Below are positions 17,838-26,609 of a DNA stretch of 27,590 nt, piece by piece. Each line of letters starts with the position of its first letter. Positions within the stretch are counted from its first letter, which is position 1. Origin of the DNA: a virus (Duplodnaviria; Caudoviricetes); IMG/VR virus record IMGVR_UViG_3300012953_000170, positions 1 to 27,590 of that record; one strand, written 5' to 3'. A program made the translations under genes and the position numbers. The notes below the pieces were generated by a model that had not been told where the DNA came from, did not search any database, and was given only the letters and a program-made list of their open reading frames with translations.

Positions 17838-19288
17838 TATATGCTAGCTCCTGATGTTAAACCACCTAATTTGGCAAGTGTCAATTCAACTTTATAACTT
17901 TGATTACCAGAGATTGTATGTTTTGCACTGTATACTAAATACTCGCCACTTTTATTCAAATCAATTGTTTGATTAAAATCTGTGGAAGCCTCAAAGTTTC
18001 TAGAGCTCTTGACAACAACACTGATTTTGTTTCCAATAGTATGATTTCTATTTGTATGAACAAAAAACTTTCCACCACAAACAATATCCATACTGGATTT
18101 TAATAACCAGTGCCTTAGTGCTGTTGACTTGATTTTATTTTCATGTTGTTGAGCTGTTCTTGCTTCACTATAACTTCTTGTATCATAATAATCATTAAAT
18201 TGTCTTGATGTACTGAACTGAGTTATCTCTCTTGTCATGTACTCATCTCCTTCATAATTATTTGTCAATATATTATCTTCATCTAACCTGACTGTTTGAT
18301 CATATGTTGGTGACAATTGCGGAACAGAAAAATTAGAATTATCTTTTAAAAGACCTTTTGTTTCAAGATCACTAAAAACTTTTGCCATTGAAAAATCTAC
18401 TTTTGTGTTCTTACCAGTTGTAACATCAAAAAAATTATATTTAGATCTTGTCATTCCCTGCCTTGCCAGATGTAATTGTCTTTGATCTTGCACTACATTT
18501 AATTTGGTTATTGTTAGCATATTAAGAATAGTTGCACGTGAGTCTGATCGAGTATCATCAGCAAAATCATGGAATTGAGAGAAAGTAAAATGCGCATCTA
18601 ATCCTGCTCTACTATTAAGCGCTTTATTTAGAGGCTGTAATTCCAGCATTGTTTTTAAATCGTATAGTCTTATTACATCATCAGCAATAGTTGAATACAT
18701 GTAAAAAGGATAACCATCTTCGGTAGTCATAGAATCTTTTACCCAGTTAGCCGCTTGCAGGGGCGTCATATTAGGAACTAACACTCTAGTTATTTTATCA
18801 TCATGATCCAGCATTTCATCATGTGATCTAATTCTTCTTCCAGTTGTAAGTATTAATTTATCAATGATATTTCTTCTAGTATCTCTATATGATTTACTTA
18901 CTCTCATCAAGCTAGAACGATAGGCATGGTCTTCAATCATTTCTATAAACATGACTTCATTACCAGAAACATCTTTAGCTTGTCTTGATACCTCGCTTAC
19001 TATAAAATTTTTCTTTACTTTCCCATTTGCTGCACTTGATACACTATATTCAACTTCAACTCTTTCGGTTCCTAATATATTAATTTCAGAAGCCGCATCA
19101 AATTTAGCATCCACATCAGCAACCACCATTGAAGCCGTTAGATATGGTTTATCTAAGTGTTCGTAAATACTTAATTCCGAAACAATTGGAGCTATTTGAA
19201 ATGCTGTAAAATATCTAGATGTTTTTATTAATACAGAATCAAGTGTTACTGAAAACGGTGTTTGATACGCTTCTTCATTGTTGTCCAT
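17837..19288 (-). CDS. Probable baseplate hub protein (gp27-like)
   Basis: Lies between gp53 and gp5. Motifs 'ELSIYEHLDKPYLTA', 'GTERV', 'RVSKSY', 'VPNMTPLQA' and 'SGEYLV...KHTI' fit contractile-tail hub proteins. Confidence 0.65.
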   Translation of the reverse strand: MDNNEEAYQTPFSVTLDSVLIKTSRYFTAFQIAPIVSELSIYEHLDKPYLTASMVVADVDAKFDAASEINILGTERVEVEYSVSSAANGKVKKNFIVSEVSRQAKDVSGNEVMFIEMIEDHAYRSSLMRVSKSYRDTRRNIIDKLILTTGRRIRSHDEMLDHDDKITRVLVPNMTPLQAANWVKDSMTTEDGYPFYMYSTIADDVIRLYDLKTMLELQPLNKALNSRAGLDAHFTFSQFHDFADDTRSDSRATILNMLTITKLNVVQDQRQLHLARQGMTRSKYNFFDVTTGKNTKVDFSMAKVFSDLETKGLLKDNSNFSVPQLSPTYDQTVRLDEDNILTNNYEGDEYMTREITQFSTSRQFNDYYDTRSYSEARTAQQHENKIKSTALRHWLLKSSMDIVCGGKFFVHTNRNHTIGNKISVVVKSSRNFEASTDFNQTIDLNKSGEYLVYSAKHTISGNQSYKVELTLAKLGGLTSGASI

Positions 19289-19289
19289 G

Positions 19290-20009
19290 TCATAGCTCTG
19301 ATTTGAATTGTGTAATAATACTATTAATCACATCGGGTTTAAATACTTTAATATCTCTTAAAGCTTCATTAGCATTTTCAAACCTTTGTTGATACGTGAT
19401 TTCAACTAAACTTGCGCCTGGTGCTAACGTAGGATCTATATCAACAGTTTTTCCTGAAGTGTTTTCATAATGATGAGCTGAAAGATATTCTAAAGAACTA
19501 GATGCAACCGTTGAACTGTTTGTTACTCCATTAATAACATTTGTTATAACTTCCGCTTGAAACGTATTACTGTTGGTAGGTTTTACTATTATCTGTCCAA
19601 GATCTAAATTTCTACGTAATATAATACCAGTTGCTCCTGATGTAGATCCAGTTATTTCTTGACCAACTTCAAACTTAGTTCCCAAATGCTCTCTTATAAC
19701 TAAAGTCCTATTTGGATACTGCAACTTTATTCTATCAATGAGTTCACTATATGATAAAGGCCAGCCTTGTCTTCTAAGCTTATCGTTTAAAAGATAAAAT
19801 GTCCAATAGCTATCAGTTGTTTGGTATAATTTAAATGATACTTGATCAGGCCTATCACCATCTAATATTGAGTAAGATTCATATGTTGCGGCATCATCTT
19901 TTAACTGATCAATTAAATCGATATAGGGTGTGATATTAGTAGCAATAGTAAATTGAGTCTCATTGCCAAATAAGTAAGGTACCGCTGGAAAGTTTTGAAA
20001 ATATGTCAT
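19290..20009 (-). CDS. gp53: Baseplate wedge subunit gp53
   Basis: 'YFQNFP', LysM-like 'ILDGDRPDQVSFKLY...YWTFYLLND...WPLS', 'HHYEN' and 'ENANEALRDIKV'. Confidence 0.92.
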   Translation of the reverse strand: MTYFQNFPAVPYLFGNETQFTIATNITPYIDLIDQLKDDAATYESYSILDGDRPDQVSFKLYQTTDSYWTFYLLNDKLRRQGWPLSYSELIDRIKLQYPNRTLVIREHLGTKFEVGQEITGSTSGATGIILRRNLDLGQIIVKPTNSNTFQAEVITNVINGVTNSSTVASSSLEYLSAHHYENTSGKTVDIDPTLAPGASLVEITYQQRFENANEALRDIKVFKPDVINSIITQFKSEL

Positions 20010-21139
20010 TAGAAGCCTGCCTTTACATCTTGTTGATCTAAGGTTTGTTCTTCTACAAAGCGTAATTCTAAATCGATTTCTTCAAAATTACCATCTGTAT
20101 AGAATGCCATATTATTAGGATTAAACGTGGTCGTTACACCAGCAAGATGTAGTAATTTCATTTTGTATCCTACATTTTTTACTTCTCCTGTTACAGGATT
20201 TTTATAGAGAAATTTTACTTTAAATTTTCTCGGAAATTTGTAACCAGCAGAAATGCCTTTAAGTCTAACTGATTCTGGGTATGCATTTGTTCTAAAAAAA
20301 GTTATTATATCTTTTATTTCATTTGCTTCTCTTTCTGATGTTGGTTTCATTTTAAACATCAGGCTAAGTTCTCTTAAATTTACTTGTTTAAAAACGGCTC
20401 TTATATTTGGATTTGCTGTTTTTTGTAGGGCACTTCTTATAGCTGGTCCTGCACCACTTCCATCGATACCAGGTAGCTCAGACAGCCTTGCAACCGCTAA
20501 AGATACTACTTCTTCACTTGCTCCTCCGAACGCTGCATCTTTTAAAGTTGAAAATGCTTCACCTATTCCACGAAATACTGATGACATAACATTATCTCCT
20601 GAAGCAATACCTCGTTCTATAAGTGATCCAAATATTCCAAATTGTACGTTTCTATCATAATCTAATCCATCAGTTAACTGTATGCTTTGAGGCATGTACA
20701 ACTGAACAGTTCCTGCTTCTTTAAGTCTTACAGTTCTTTCTTGATTCGGCGCTCTACTTGGACCAAACTGATCCGCGCTTACAAATGCTTCACTAGCGTT
20801 TTTTACATCATTTAGTTTTGTTTCTAATCCTAACTTTTTCTCGATAGCTTCCAAATCAGCACCTGACATACCACCAGGAATACTTCTACCGCCTAGTCGT
20901 CCAAAACGTAGATTAGTGGGTAGAGAAGTTGGTGGAGTTCCAGTTATGTTTTCAACTATACCGCTTTTGATGTCAATCCCGAACCCTCTCAGCATAGAAC
21001 CGAGTCCATTCATTTCAGTAACTTTAGGTGGGAATGTTTTAAACACACTGAATTCAAGTATTCCTCCATACTCAAAAACATCTTGTTCTCTAGGAAACTT
21101 TAAATTGCTACCATATCTTTGGTTGGGATCGACTACCAT
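20009..21139 (-). CDS. gp48: Baseplate tail-tube cap gp48-like
   Basis: 'LKFP', 'VQLYMPQSI', 'NPNIRAVFKQVNLRELSLMFKMKPTSEREANEIKDIITFFR...YP' and 'IDLELRFVE'; GGAG SD at 21146-21149. Confidence 0.85.
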   Translation of the reverse strand: MVVDPNQRYGSNLKFPREQDVFEYGGILEFSVFKTFPPKVTEMNGLGSMLRGFGIDIKSGIVENITGTPPTSLPTNLRFGRLGGRSIPGGMSGADLEAIEKKLGLETKLNDVKNASEAFVSADQFGPSRAPNQERTVRLKEAGTVQLYMPQSIQLTDGLDYDRNVQFGIFGSLIERGIASGDNVMSSVFRGIGEAFSTLKDAAFGGASEEVVSLAVARLSELPGIDGSGAGPAIRSALQKTANPNIRAVFKQVNLRELSLMFKMKPTSEREANEIKDIITFFRTNAYPESVRLKGISAGYKFPRKFKVKFLYKNPVTGEVKNVGYKMKLLHLAGVTTTFNPNNMAFYTDGNFEEIDLELRFVEEQTLDQQDVKAGF

Positions 21140-21149
21140 ATAAAACTCC

Positions 21150-21157
21150 GATAAATA
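21150..21157 (+). promoter_or_regulatory. Late promoter variant (gATAAATA) for the gp4 operon
   Basis: ATAAATA at 21151-21157 in the divergent gp48/gp4 gap. Confidence 0.65.
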
Positions 21158-21175
21158 CTTTAAATTTATTGTAAC

Positions 21176-21183
21176 TATTTATA
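21176..21183 (-). promoter_or_regulatory. T4 late promoter TATAAATA for the gp48-gp53-gp5 operon
   Basis: Perfect consensus on the minus strand, 36 nt upstream of the gp48 ATG. Confidence 0.85.
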
Positions 21184-21193
21184 TGAAAAACTA

Positions 21194-21682
21194 ATGGTTT
21201 TATATCAAGGAAAATATAGAGTTTCTAATACTAGCAAGTACAAAGGCGATGTTGACAACATTATTTATAGGTCATTATGGGAGGCAAAATGTTTTAATTG
21301 GTGTGATAAGAATCCAAACGTTAAGTCATGGTCGAGTGAAGAGACTGTGATACCGTACTACTATGATATCGATAAGAAGTTTCATAAGTACTATATTGAT
21401 CTTAAGATTAAAATGAAAGATGGTAAGACAATATTAGTTGAGATTAAACCAAAGAAAGAAACACAACCTCCAAAACCTGGTAAACAAGGAATTAAAGGTC
21501 GAAGATATATTAGTGAATCTTTGACATATGTTAAAAACATGAACAAATGGAAAGCCGCAGATAATTTTGCAAAAGACCGTGGTTGGCAATTTCAAGTATG
21601 GACTGAAGATACACTAGCGGAAATGGGTATCATGCAAAAATGGAAAAAAATGAAGAAGTTAAAACCTTTAAAAAGAATATGA
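21194..21682 (+). CDS. gp4: Head completion nuclease gp4 (TnsA-like PD-(D/E)xK fold)
   Basis: 'YQGKY...KYKGD..NIIYRSLWE', 'WSSEE.VIPY', 'LVEIKPKKET' and 'N..KW.AA..F...GWQFQVWTE'. Confidence 0.95.
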   Translation: MVLYQGKYRVSNTSKYKGDVDNIIYRSLWEAKCFNWCDKNPNVKSWSSEETVIPYYYDIDKKFHKYYIDLKIKMKDGKTILVEIKPKKETQPPKPGKQGIKGRRYISESLTYVKNMNKWKAADNFAKDRGWQFQVWTEDTLAEMGIMQKWKKMKKLKPLKRI

Positions 21683-22293
21683 TAAACTTTGATAATAAAA
21701 AAGTTCTTGATTTTGGTGGAAACTTTGGAACTTTAGATATGGGATTTGGTAATTTATTAGAACATAAGGATATATTACCAGAAAACTATACATGCGTAGA
21801 TATCGATAAACATGCCATGGATGAAGGAAGACAGAAGTATCCAGAAGCTGAGTGGATATATTACAACAGATATAATTCAATGTATAATCCCGATGGACAA
21901 AAGGATTTATTACCAGTCATCAATAAAAAATATGATATAATATATTCTTACAGCGTTTTCAGTCATACTTCTTATGAAGAACTCTTAGACTTTATACAAT
22001 ATTTTAAAACAATACTTACAGAAAATGGCTTTATGTATTTAAGTGTACCTTGCAATGGAGATAAAATAATCAAATGGTTCTATCATAAGAGAACAAAAGA
22101 TTATGGAGAATGTGATAATATTCACAAGCTACCTAAAAGCTACATTTACCTTGTTGATAATAAAATTAAAGATCGTATACCAGAGAAATGTCAGCACCTT
22201 GTTACTATCTACAATAAAGATTTTTTAAAACTAATTGGTGAAGTTGTAACTACAAATCTACCTCAAAGTTTTTTAAAGATTGGTTATAAATAG
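21679..22293 (+). CDS. Class I SAM-dependent methyltransferase (small-molecule/glycan type)
   Basis: Motif I 'KKVLDFGGNFG', 'YTCVDID', 'YDIIYSYSVFSH' and 'LTENG'. The start is placed at ATG 21679 (ATGA overlap with the gp4 stop) rather than 21640. Confidence 0.88.
   Translation: MINFDNKKVLDFGGNFGTLDMGFGNLLEHKDILPENYTCVDIDKHAMDEGRQKYPEAEWIYYNRYNSMYNPDGQKDLLPVINKKYDIIYSYSVFSHTSYEELLDFIQYFKTILTENGFMYLSVPCNGDKIIKWFYHKRTKDYGECDNIHKLPKSYIYLVDNKIKDRIPEKCQHLVTIYNKDFLKLIGEVVTTNLPQSFLKIGYK
22285..22292 (+). promoter_or_regulatory. T4 late promoter TATAAATA for gp2 and downstream genes
   Basis: Perfect consensus embedded in the last codons of the methyltransferase (TAT AAA TAG), 5 nt before the gp2 ATG. 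Confidence 0.85.
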
Positions 22294-22297
22294 TTGT

Positions 22298-22858
22298 ATG
22301 GCACAGAATTTATTTCAACAATTAGAGATAGAAGCGTTTCGCGCTGGTATTACACCTCGTACGAAGCAGTCTATTGAGTGGTTTCGTAAGAAAGCATCAC
22401 AGCTTGGTAAAACAACTGTTGCAAATGTCATGGACGAACCTGAAATAAAACAAGTGGCAAGGGCAGAAACTGAAGGACCAATAGGAAATATGTACATGTT
22501 TCAATACGATCCAAAGTACAGACAAACTTTACCATACTATGATGCGTTTCCTTTGGTTATAATAACAGGAGCAAGACCAGGTGGATTTATTGGAATGAAT
22601 TTGCATTACTTACCAGCGGTATTAAGAGCTAAATTACTTGATGCTATATTAGGTAATTCAGGTGGTGCCGGTCTCCCTCAAAGATTAGTTGAACCTACTA
22701 TACATAGATATTTAAATAACCATGTAAGAAGTAAATTTGCATTAGTTGATAAACCAGAGTGGGAGATAGCAACATTTTTACCGACTGCTGATTTTAGAAA
22801 AGCGCCAATGTCAACAGTATATAAAGATTCAAGAAGAGCAATGAGAAGAAACAGATGA
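22298..22858 (+). CDS. gp2: DNA end protector protein gp2
   Basis: 'SIEWFR', 'GNMYMFQYDPKYRQTLPYYDAFPLV', 'GMNLHYLP..LRAKLLD' and 'EWEIATFLPTADF'. The start is placed at ATG 22298. Confidence 0.93.
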   Translation: MAQNLFQQLEIEAFRAGITPRTKQSIEWFRKKASQLGKTTVANVMDEPEIKQVARAETEGPIGNMYMFQYDPKYRQTLPYYDAFPLVIITGARPGGFIGMNLHYLPAVLRAKLLDAILGNSGGAGLPQRLVEPTIHRYLNNHVRSKFALVDKPEWEIATFLPTADFRKAPMSTVYKDSRRAMRRNR

Positions 22859-23424
22859 GTAGCATAGAGGATTTTAAAACAAAAATAGGTAAGGCTGGAG
22901 GACTAGCAAGACCTAACAGGTATAAAGTTAGATTACCTAGATTGGATCATATACCGGGTTTCGAAACTGATATTGAAGGACTCGATCTAATGTGTAGTAA
23001 TGTTAATTTACCTGGTAAACAGATTTTAACAGCTGATAGAGAAATAGGAATAAAATTTGAAAAAGTTCCGTATGGATACGCTGTAGATGATATAAGTCTT
23101 ACTTTTTATCTTACTAATGATTATCAAGCTAAGAGATACTTCGAAGCATGGGCGGGTAGTACGGTGAATTATAGTAAACATCAAATACAATATAAAAATA
23201 TATTTCAAAAAACAGTAGAGATATTTCAATTGGCTGATGATATAGCAGGTGAAAAAAAGATTTATGGATGTAGACTTTTTGAGGCATTTCCAACTACATT
23301 GAATCCTGTTGAAATGAGTTACGAAGCAAATAATGTAGCAGCAGTATATAACTGCCAACTTTCTTATACAGATTGGGAAGAAATTCCTTTAGATAATACA
23401 ATTGGAGCATTGAATGATACCTAA
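22855..23424 (+). CDS. gp54: Tail-tube-fold baseplate protein (gp54/gp19-like tube initiator)
   Basis: 'GGLARPNRYKV', 'C..VNLPG', 'DDISLTFY', 'YFEAW', 'LFEAFP' and 'LSYTDW'; position between gp2 and gp26. Confidence 0.7.
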   Translation: MSSIEDFKTKIGKAGGLARPNRYKVRLPRLDHIPGFETDIEGLDLMCSNVNLPGKQILTADREIGIKFEKVPYGYAVDDISLTFYLTNDYQAKRYFEAWAGSTVNYSKHQIQYKNIFQKTVEIFQLADDIAGEKKIYGCRLFEAFPTTLNPVEMSYEANNVAAVYNCQLSYTDWEEIPLDNTIGALNDT

Positions 23425-24124
23425 ACTAAATGATAAACCACAGTATGAAATGACTATACCATCTCTAAATCAAACAGTAAGATTTAGACCATACTTAGTA
23501 AAAGAAGAAAAGATCTTGATGATGGCATTTGAATCAAATGATAAAGTAGCTTCATTAAGAGCAGTAACAGATACAATCAACGCATGTATTGATGATGAAT
23601 TCAAATCAAATGAATTAAAATTATTTGACATTGAATATATGTTTACAAAAATAAGATCGAAGTCTGTGGGTGAAAAGGTTAGTTTACTAGTTACATGCAG
23701 CGAATGTGAGCATAAAAACGAAATATCAGTAAATATTGAAGATGCTAGAGTTGATATGCCTGAAAAGATAGAGTCAAATATCGAGATAGCCGAAAATGTA
23801 ACAGTTGAAATGACATGGCCCATCTATACTAAAATGATTCAAAACAATAAGATAATTGATAAACCTAATGAAGTTGACTCAATTCTTGAATTAATTGCTG
23901 ATTGTATGGTTTCAATTAGTACAGAAGATAATAAAGTTTTATTAAAAGATGAACCTCGTGAAAAGGTTATTGAATTTATAGAATCTATGACCAATGAGCA
24001 ATTTAGTAAGGTAAGAAAATTTATTGAAGAAATGCCAACTGTTCATATTGATCATGAATTTGAGTGTAGCAGTTGTAAGAAACATAATAAAGTGACAGTG
24101 AGGAATATTACCGATTTTTTTTAG
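23414..24124 (+). CDS. gp26: Baseplate hub assembly protein gp26-like
   Basis: 'PQYEMTIPS...RFRPYLVKEEKILMMA', 'FDIEYMF.KIRSKSVGE', two CxxC pairs (CSEC, CSSC) and a terminal 'DFF'. Confidence 0.9.
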   Translation: MIPKLNDKPQYEMTIPSLNQTVRFRPYLVKEEKILMMAFESNDKVASLRAVTDTINACIDDEFKSNELKLFDIEYMFTKIRSKSVGEKVSLLVTCSECEHKNEISVNIEDARVDMPEKIESNIEIAENVTVEMTWPIYTKMIQNNKIIDKPNEVDSILELIADCMVSISTEDNKVLLKDEPREKVIEFIESMTNEQFSKVRKFIEEMPTVHIDHEFECSSCKKHNKVTVRNITDFF

Positions 24125-24315
24125 TGTGGTCTTCTAATGAATCCTTAGTGAATCATTATAAGACCAACTTCGCACTATTACAACATCATAAATATTCTTT
24201 AACAGAACTTGATAATATGATACCTTGGGAGAGAGAAGTGTACATATCTCTTTTAAGTCAATATATAAAAGAAGAGAACGATAAGATAAAACAGCAACAG
24301 ATGAGAAGAAGGTAA
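24124..24315 (+). CDS. gp51: Baseplate hub assembly catalyst gp51-like short ORF; possibly the -1 frameshift extension of gp26
   Basis: 'SLVNHYKTNFALLQHHKYSLTELDNMIPWEREVYISLL'. The GTG start overlaps the gp26 TAG and has no well-spaced SD. Confidence 0.88.
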   Translation: MWSSNESLVNHYKTNFALLQHHKYSLTELDNMIPWEREVYISLLSQYIKEENDKIKQQQMRRR

Positions 24316-26609
24316 TGGAAGAAAAACTCGAACAGATAAGACAGCTGCTGGTTGACATTAATAGAGGTATAGGTCTTGATAGAAGACAAATTATTCCAGA
24401 TGTTGATGTTCAAAGAGCTGAAAATCAAGATACCACACAAGTTCCTAGAGTTTCTGCTGCTGGTCCAGCATCCGTTGAAAGACTTCAAGAATCTCCTGAA
24501 CTTGTAAAGCTCACAAGTATAGACATAAGATTACAAAATATTAGTAAAATATTATCAGATGTTGAAAGCAACGGCGTTAAAATATTAGGAACGGGTGCCG
24601 CAACTCTTCCTAATGCTTTACAAAGATTATTAAGTTTACCAGGAAGAGCTGTTCGTGGAGCTGGAAGAGTTATAACAGGTGCGGCAAGTAATGTTATAGG
24701 TTTACCAGGCAGACTTATTGGTGGAGTAACTGATAGAATTGGAAGAGCTGCAGGTGCGGTTGGAAGATTAGCAACTTCTCCATTAAGAGGTGTGGGTAAT
24801 CTATTGTCAAATCTTATGACTCCAAAATCTGTAAGAGAACTCGTACAAAAAACTCAAGAAACAAATGAAGTATTAGAAGAAATTAGAGATATTATAAAAG
24901 AAAACAATGACAAGACTACTGAATATCAAGCCGATACGTTAAGGTTATTATTAGAAGGTAATGATTTACAGGACGCCACGATACAAGAAATAGCGGCAAT
25001 AAGAAATCTTTTAGAAGATGAATTTCTAAGAGATAGAAGAGGAAACTTAGACGCATTGGAAGATAGAAGAGAAAGAAAACCCGCTGTACCTATTGCGATG
25101 CCTGTAAGAACAAGTGATAGAGATCGAGACAGAATACAGAATCAACAAGAAGATGGCGGATTTAGGTTTCCAAATTTATTAGAGTTGTTAGGGTTAGGTT
25201 CGGCAGCTTTTGGTTTAGGAAGAGCTTTAAGATCAGTTGGAAGATCTATAAGGGGAGGGTTTAATAGATTATTTGGTAATCAAGGTCGTACTAATGTTAA
25301 TACTCGTGGCAGTAGCGTAAATATTCAGAACGGCCAAGTTCGATCAGGTAATGAAAGGTTTGGTAATCAACAAGCTGGCAATCAACAAAATAATAATCGA
25401 CAGACCGGTAGTCAAAACCGAGTAAATAGATTTGGTGGGATATTTAATAATCTGCCAAATATCAATGATGTTGGATCATTCGTAAGCAGAAATATAAGAA
25501 GAGCAAATCCAATTGGTGCATTCATAACTGGTCTTGGAATAAAGCCAACGGCTGATGGAACTATATCAAGTGGAGTAATGCCAAGTTTTCCTGGAGATAA
25601 AAGTCAGGTATCTAATATAAGAGAAGCTCGTCAAGCAATTATAACAAGAGAACAAGAAAAAAGAGTACGTCTTGAAAAAGAAATCTTTGATGCTACCGCT
25701 GCTAGATTAGCTCAACCAGAAAGTCAAGCACTAAATGAAGTAGAAATTACAAACAAAGCTCCTATTGAAGTAGTTGTAGTTAATGGTAATGATATTGGTG
25801 GAACAATTACAGGTGAAGCAGGACCAATATCAAGTACTCAGCCTAATAACATAATAGTAAATGATAGAAGATCTACAATTCCAGAAATAAACGTTGGATC
25901 GGCTCCAAACATTGGTGAAGCAATAGTATCTTCTGGAGTGGATGGTTCAATAGCTCCAATTCCTAGAATAAATTCTGCAGCCGCAAATAGAATTGCTGGA
26001 GAGATCGCTCAAATAGAAGGTCAAAGAATAGAGAGGTCCTTTACAGCTCCAAGTGGATCTTCAAGTAGTTTAGCAAATATTGATACTACTTCTGTTATTA
26101 AGCAACTCAGTCCAGTAGAACAGCAATTTAAAAATGTTGTTGAATCAGGTAATGATATAAAAATAAATGAGTTTCTTAAAACCTTATCTGAGGGTAAAGT
26201 TTTTGAATTATTAAATAAGTATAGATCCAATAATCCTCAAGTTGAAAGAATATTTAGACAATATGCAACAGGAACAAACGTCTATAGTAATACCTCTTCT
26301 AGGGCGAGTGATGCAGAAAGATCTGATGTTCCAAAAGTTATACTTGAAATTAGTCCAGGTATGAACCTAGGTCAAGAATTTGAAAGAGCTTTAGATGGTG
26401 CAAGTGATATTGGTCCACAATCTGGTCTAATTAAACTACAAGATGAAAATATTAGTTTGTCAAAAAATAACGGATCTAATATAAATTTTCAACCTCTAGT
26501 ACCAGTAAGTGCTCCAGTTTCTAACAATGTTTCTAACCAGAGCACTACAATATTAGCTAATTCTATGACTAACACCATCAATAGAGCTGATGATGTGGTA
26601 CCAGTTTAA
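24315..26609 (+). CDS. Probable tape measure / tail length regulator (gp29-like)
   Basis: Follows gp26-gp51; 764 aa with 22-aa Gly/Ala/Arg amphipathic repeats, a coiled coil and a C-terminal 'APVSNNVSNQSTT' segment seen in T4-like tape measures. Confidence 0.65.
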   Translation: MEEKLEQIRQLLVDINRGIGLDRRQIIPDVDVQRAENQDTTQVPRVSAAGPASVERLQESPELVKLTSIDIRLQNISKILSDVESNGVKILGTGAATLPNALQRLLSLPGRAVRGAGRVITGAASNVIGLPGRLIGGVTDRIGRAAGAVGRLATSPLRGVGNLLSNLMTPKSVRELVQKTQETNEVLEEIRDIIKENNDKTTEYQADTLRLLLEGNDLQDATIQEIAAIRNLLEDEFLRDRRGNLDALEDRRERKPAVPIAMPVRTSDRDRDRIQNQQEDGGFRFPNLLELLGLGSAAFGLGRALRSVGRSIRGGFNRLFGNQGRTNVNTRGSSVNIQNGQVRSGNERFGNQQAGNQQNNNRQTGSQNRVNRFGGIFNNLPNINDVGSFVSRNIRRANPIGAFITGLGIKPTADGTISSGVMPSFPGDKSQVSNIREARQAIITREQEKRVRLEKEIFDATAARLAQPESQALNEVEITNKAPIEVVVVNGNDIGGTITGEAGPISSTQPNNIIVNDRRSTIPEINVGSAPNIGEAIVSSGVDGSIAPIPRINSAAANRIAGEIAQIEGQRIERSFTAPSGSSSSLANIDTTSVIKQLSPVEQQFKNVVESGNDIKINEFLKTLSEGKVFELLNKYRSNNPQVERIFRQYATGTNVYSNTSSRASDAERSDVPKVILEISPGMNLGQEFERALDGASDIGPQSGLIKLQDENISLSKNNGSNINFQPLVPVSAPVSNNVSNQSTTILANSMTNTINRADDVVPV

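Noticed and set aside
21640-21678. ORF-track starts at 21640 (MTase) and 22280 (gp2)
   Set aside because: 21640 overlaps gp4 by 43 nt, whereas ATG 21679 gives a standard ATGA coupling. The TTG at 22280 lies upstream of the late promoter, so ATG 22298 is preferred.
21194-21682. TnsA-like nuclease as a transposon or homing endonuclease
   Set aside because: Motifs and position match the core T4 gp4 head completion protein; no transposon ends or interrupted gene are visible.
21679-22293. DNA methyltransferase or restriction-modification system with the adjacent nuclease
   Set aside because: No DNA-MTase catalytic motif is present, and the neighbouring nuclease is the morphogenetic gp4.
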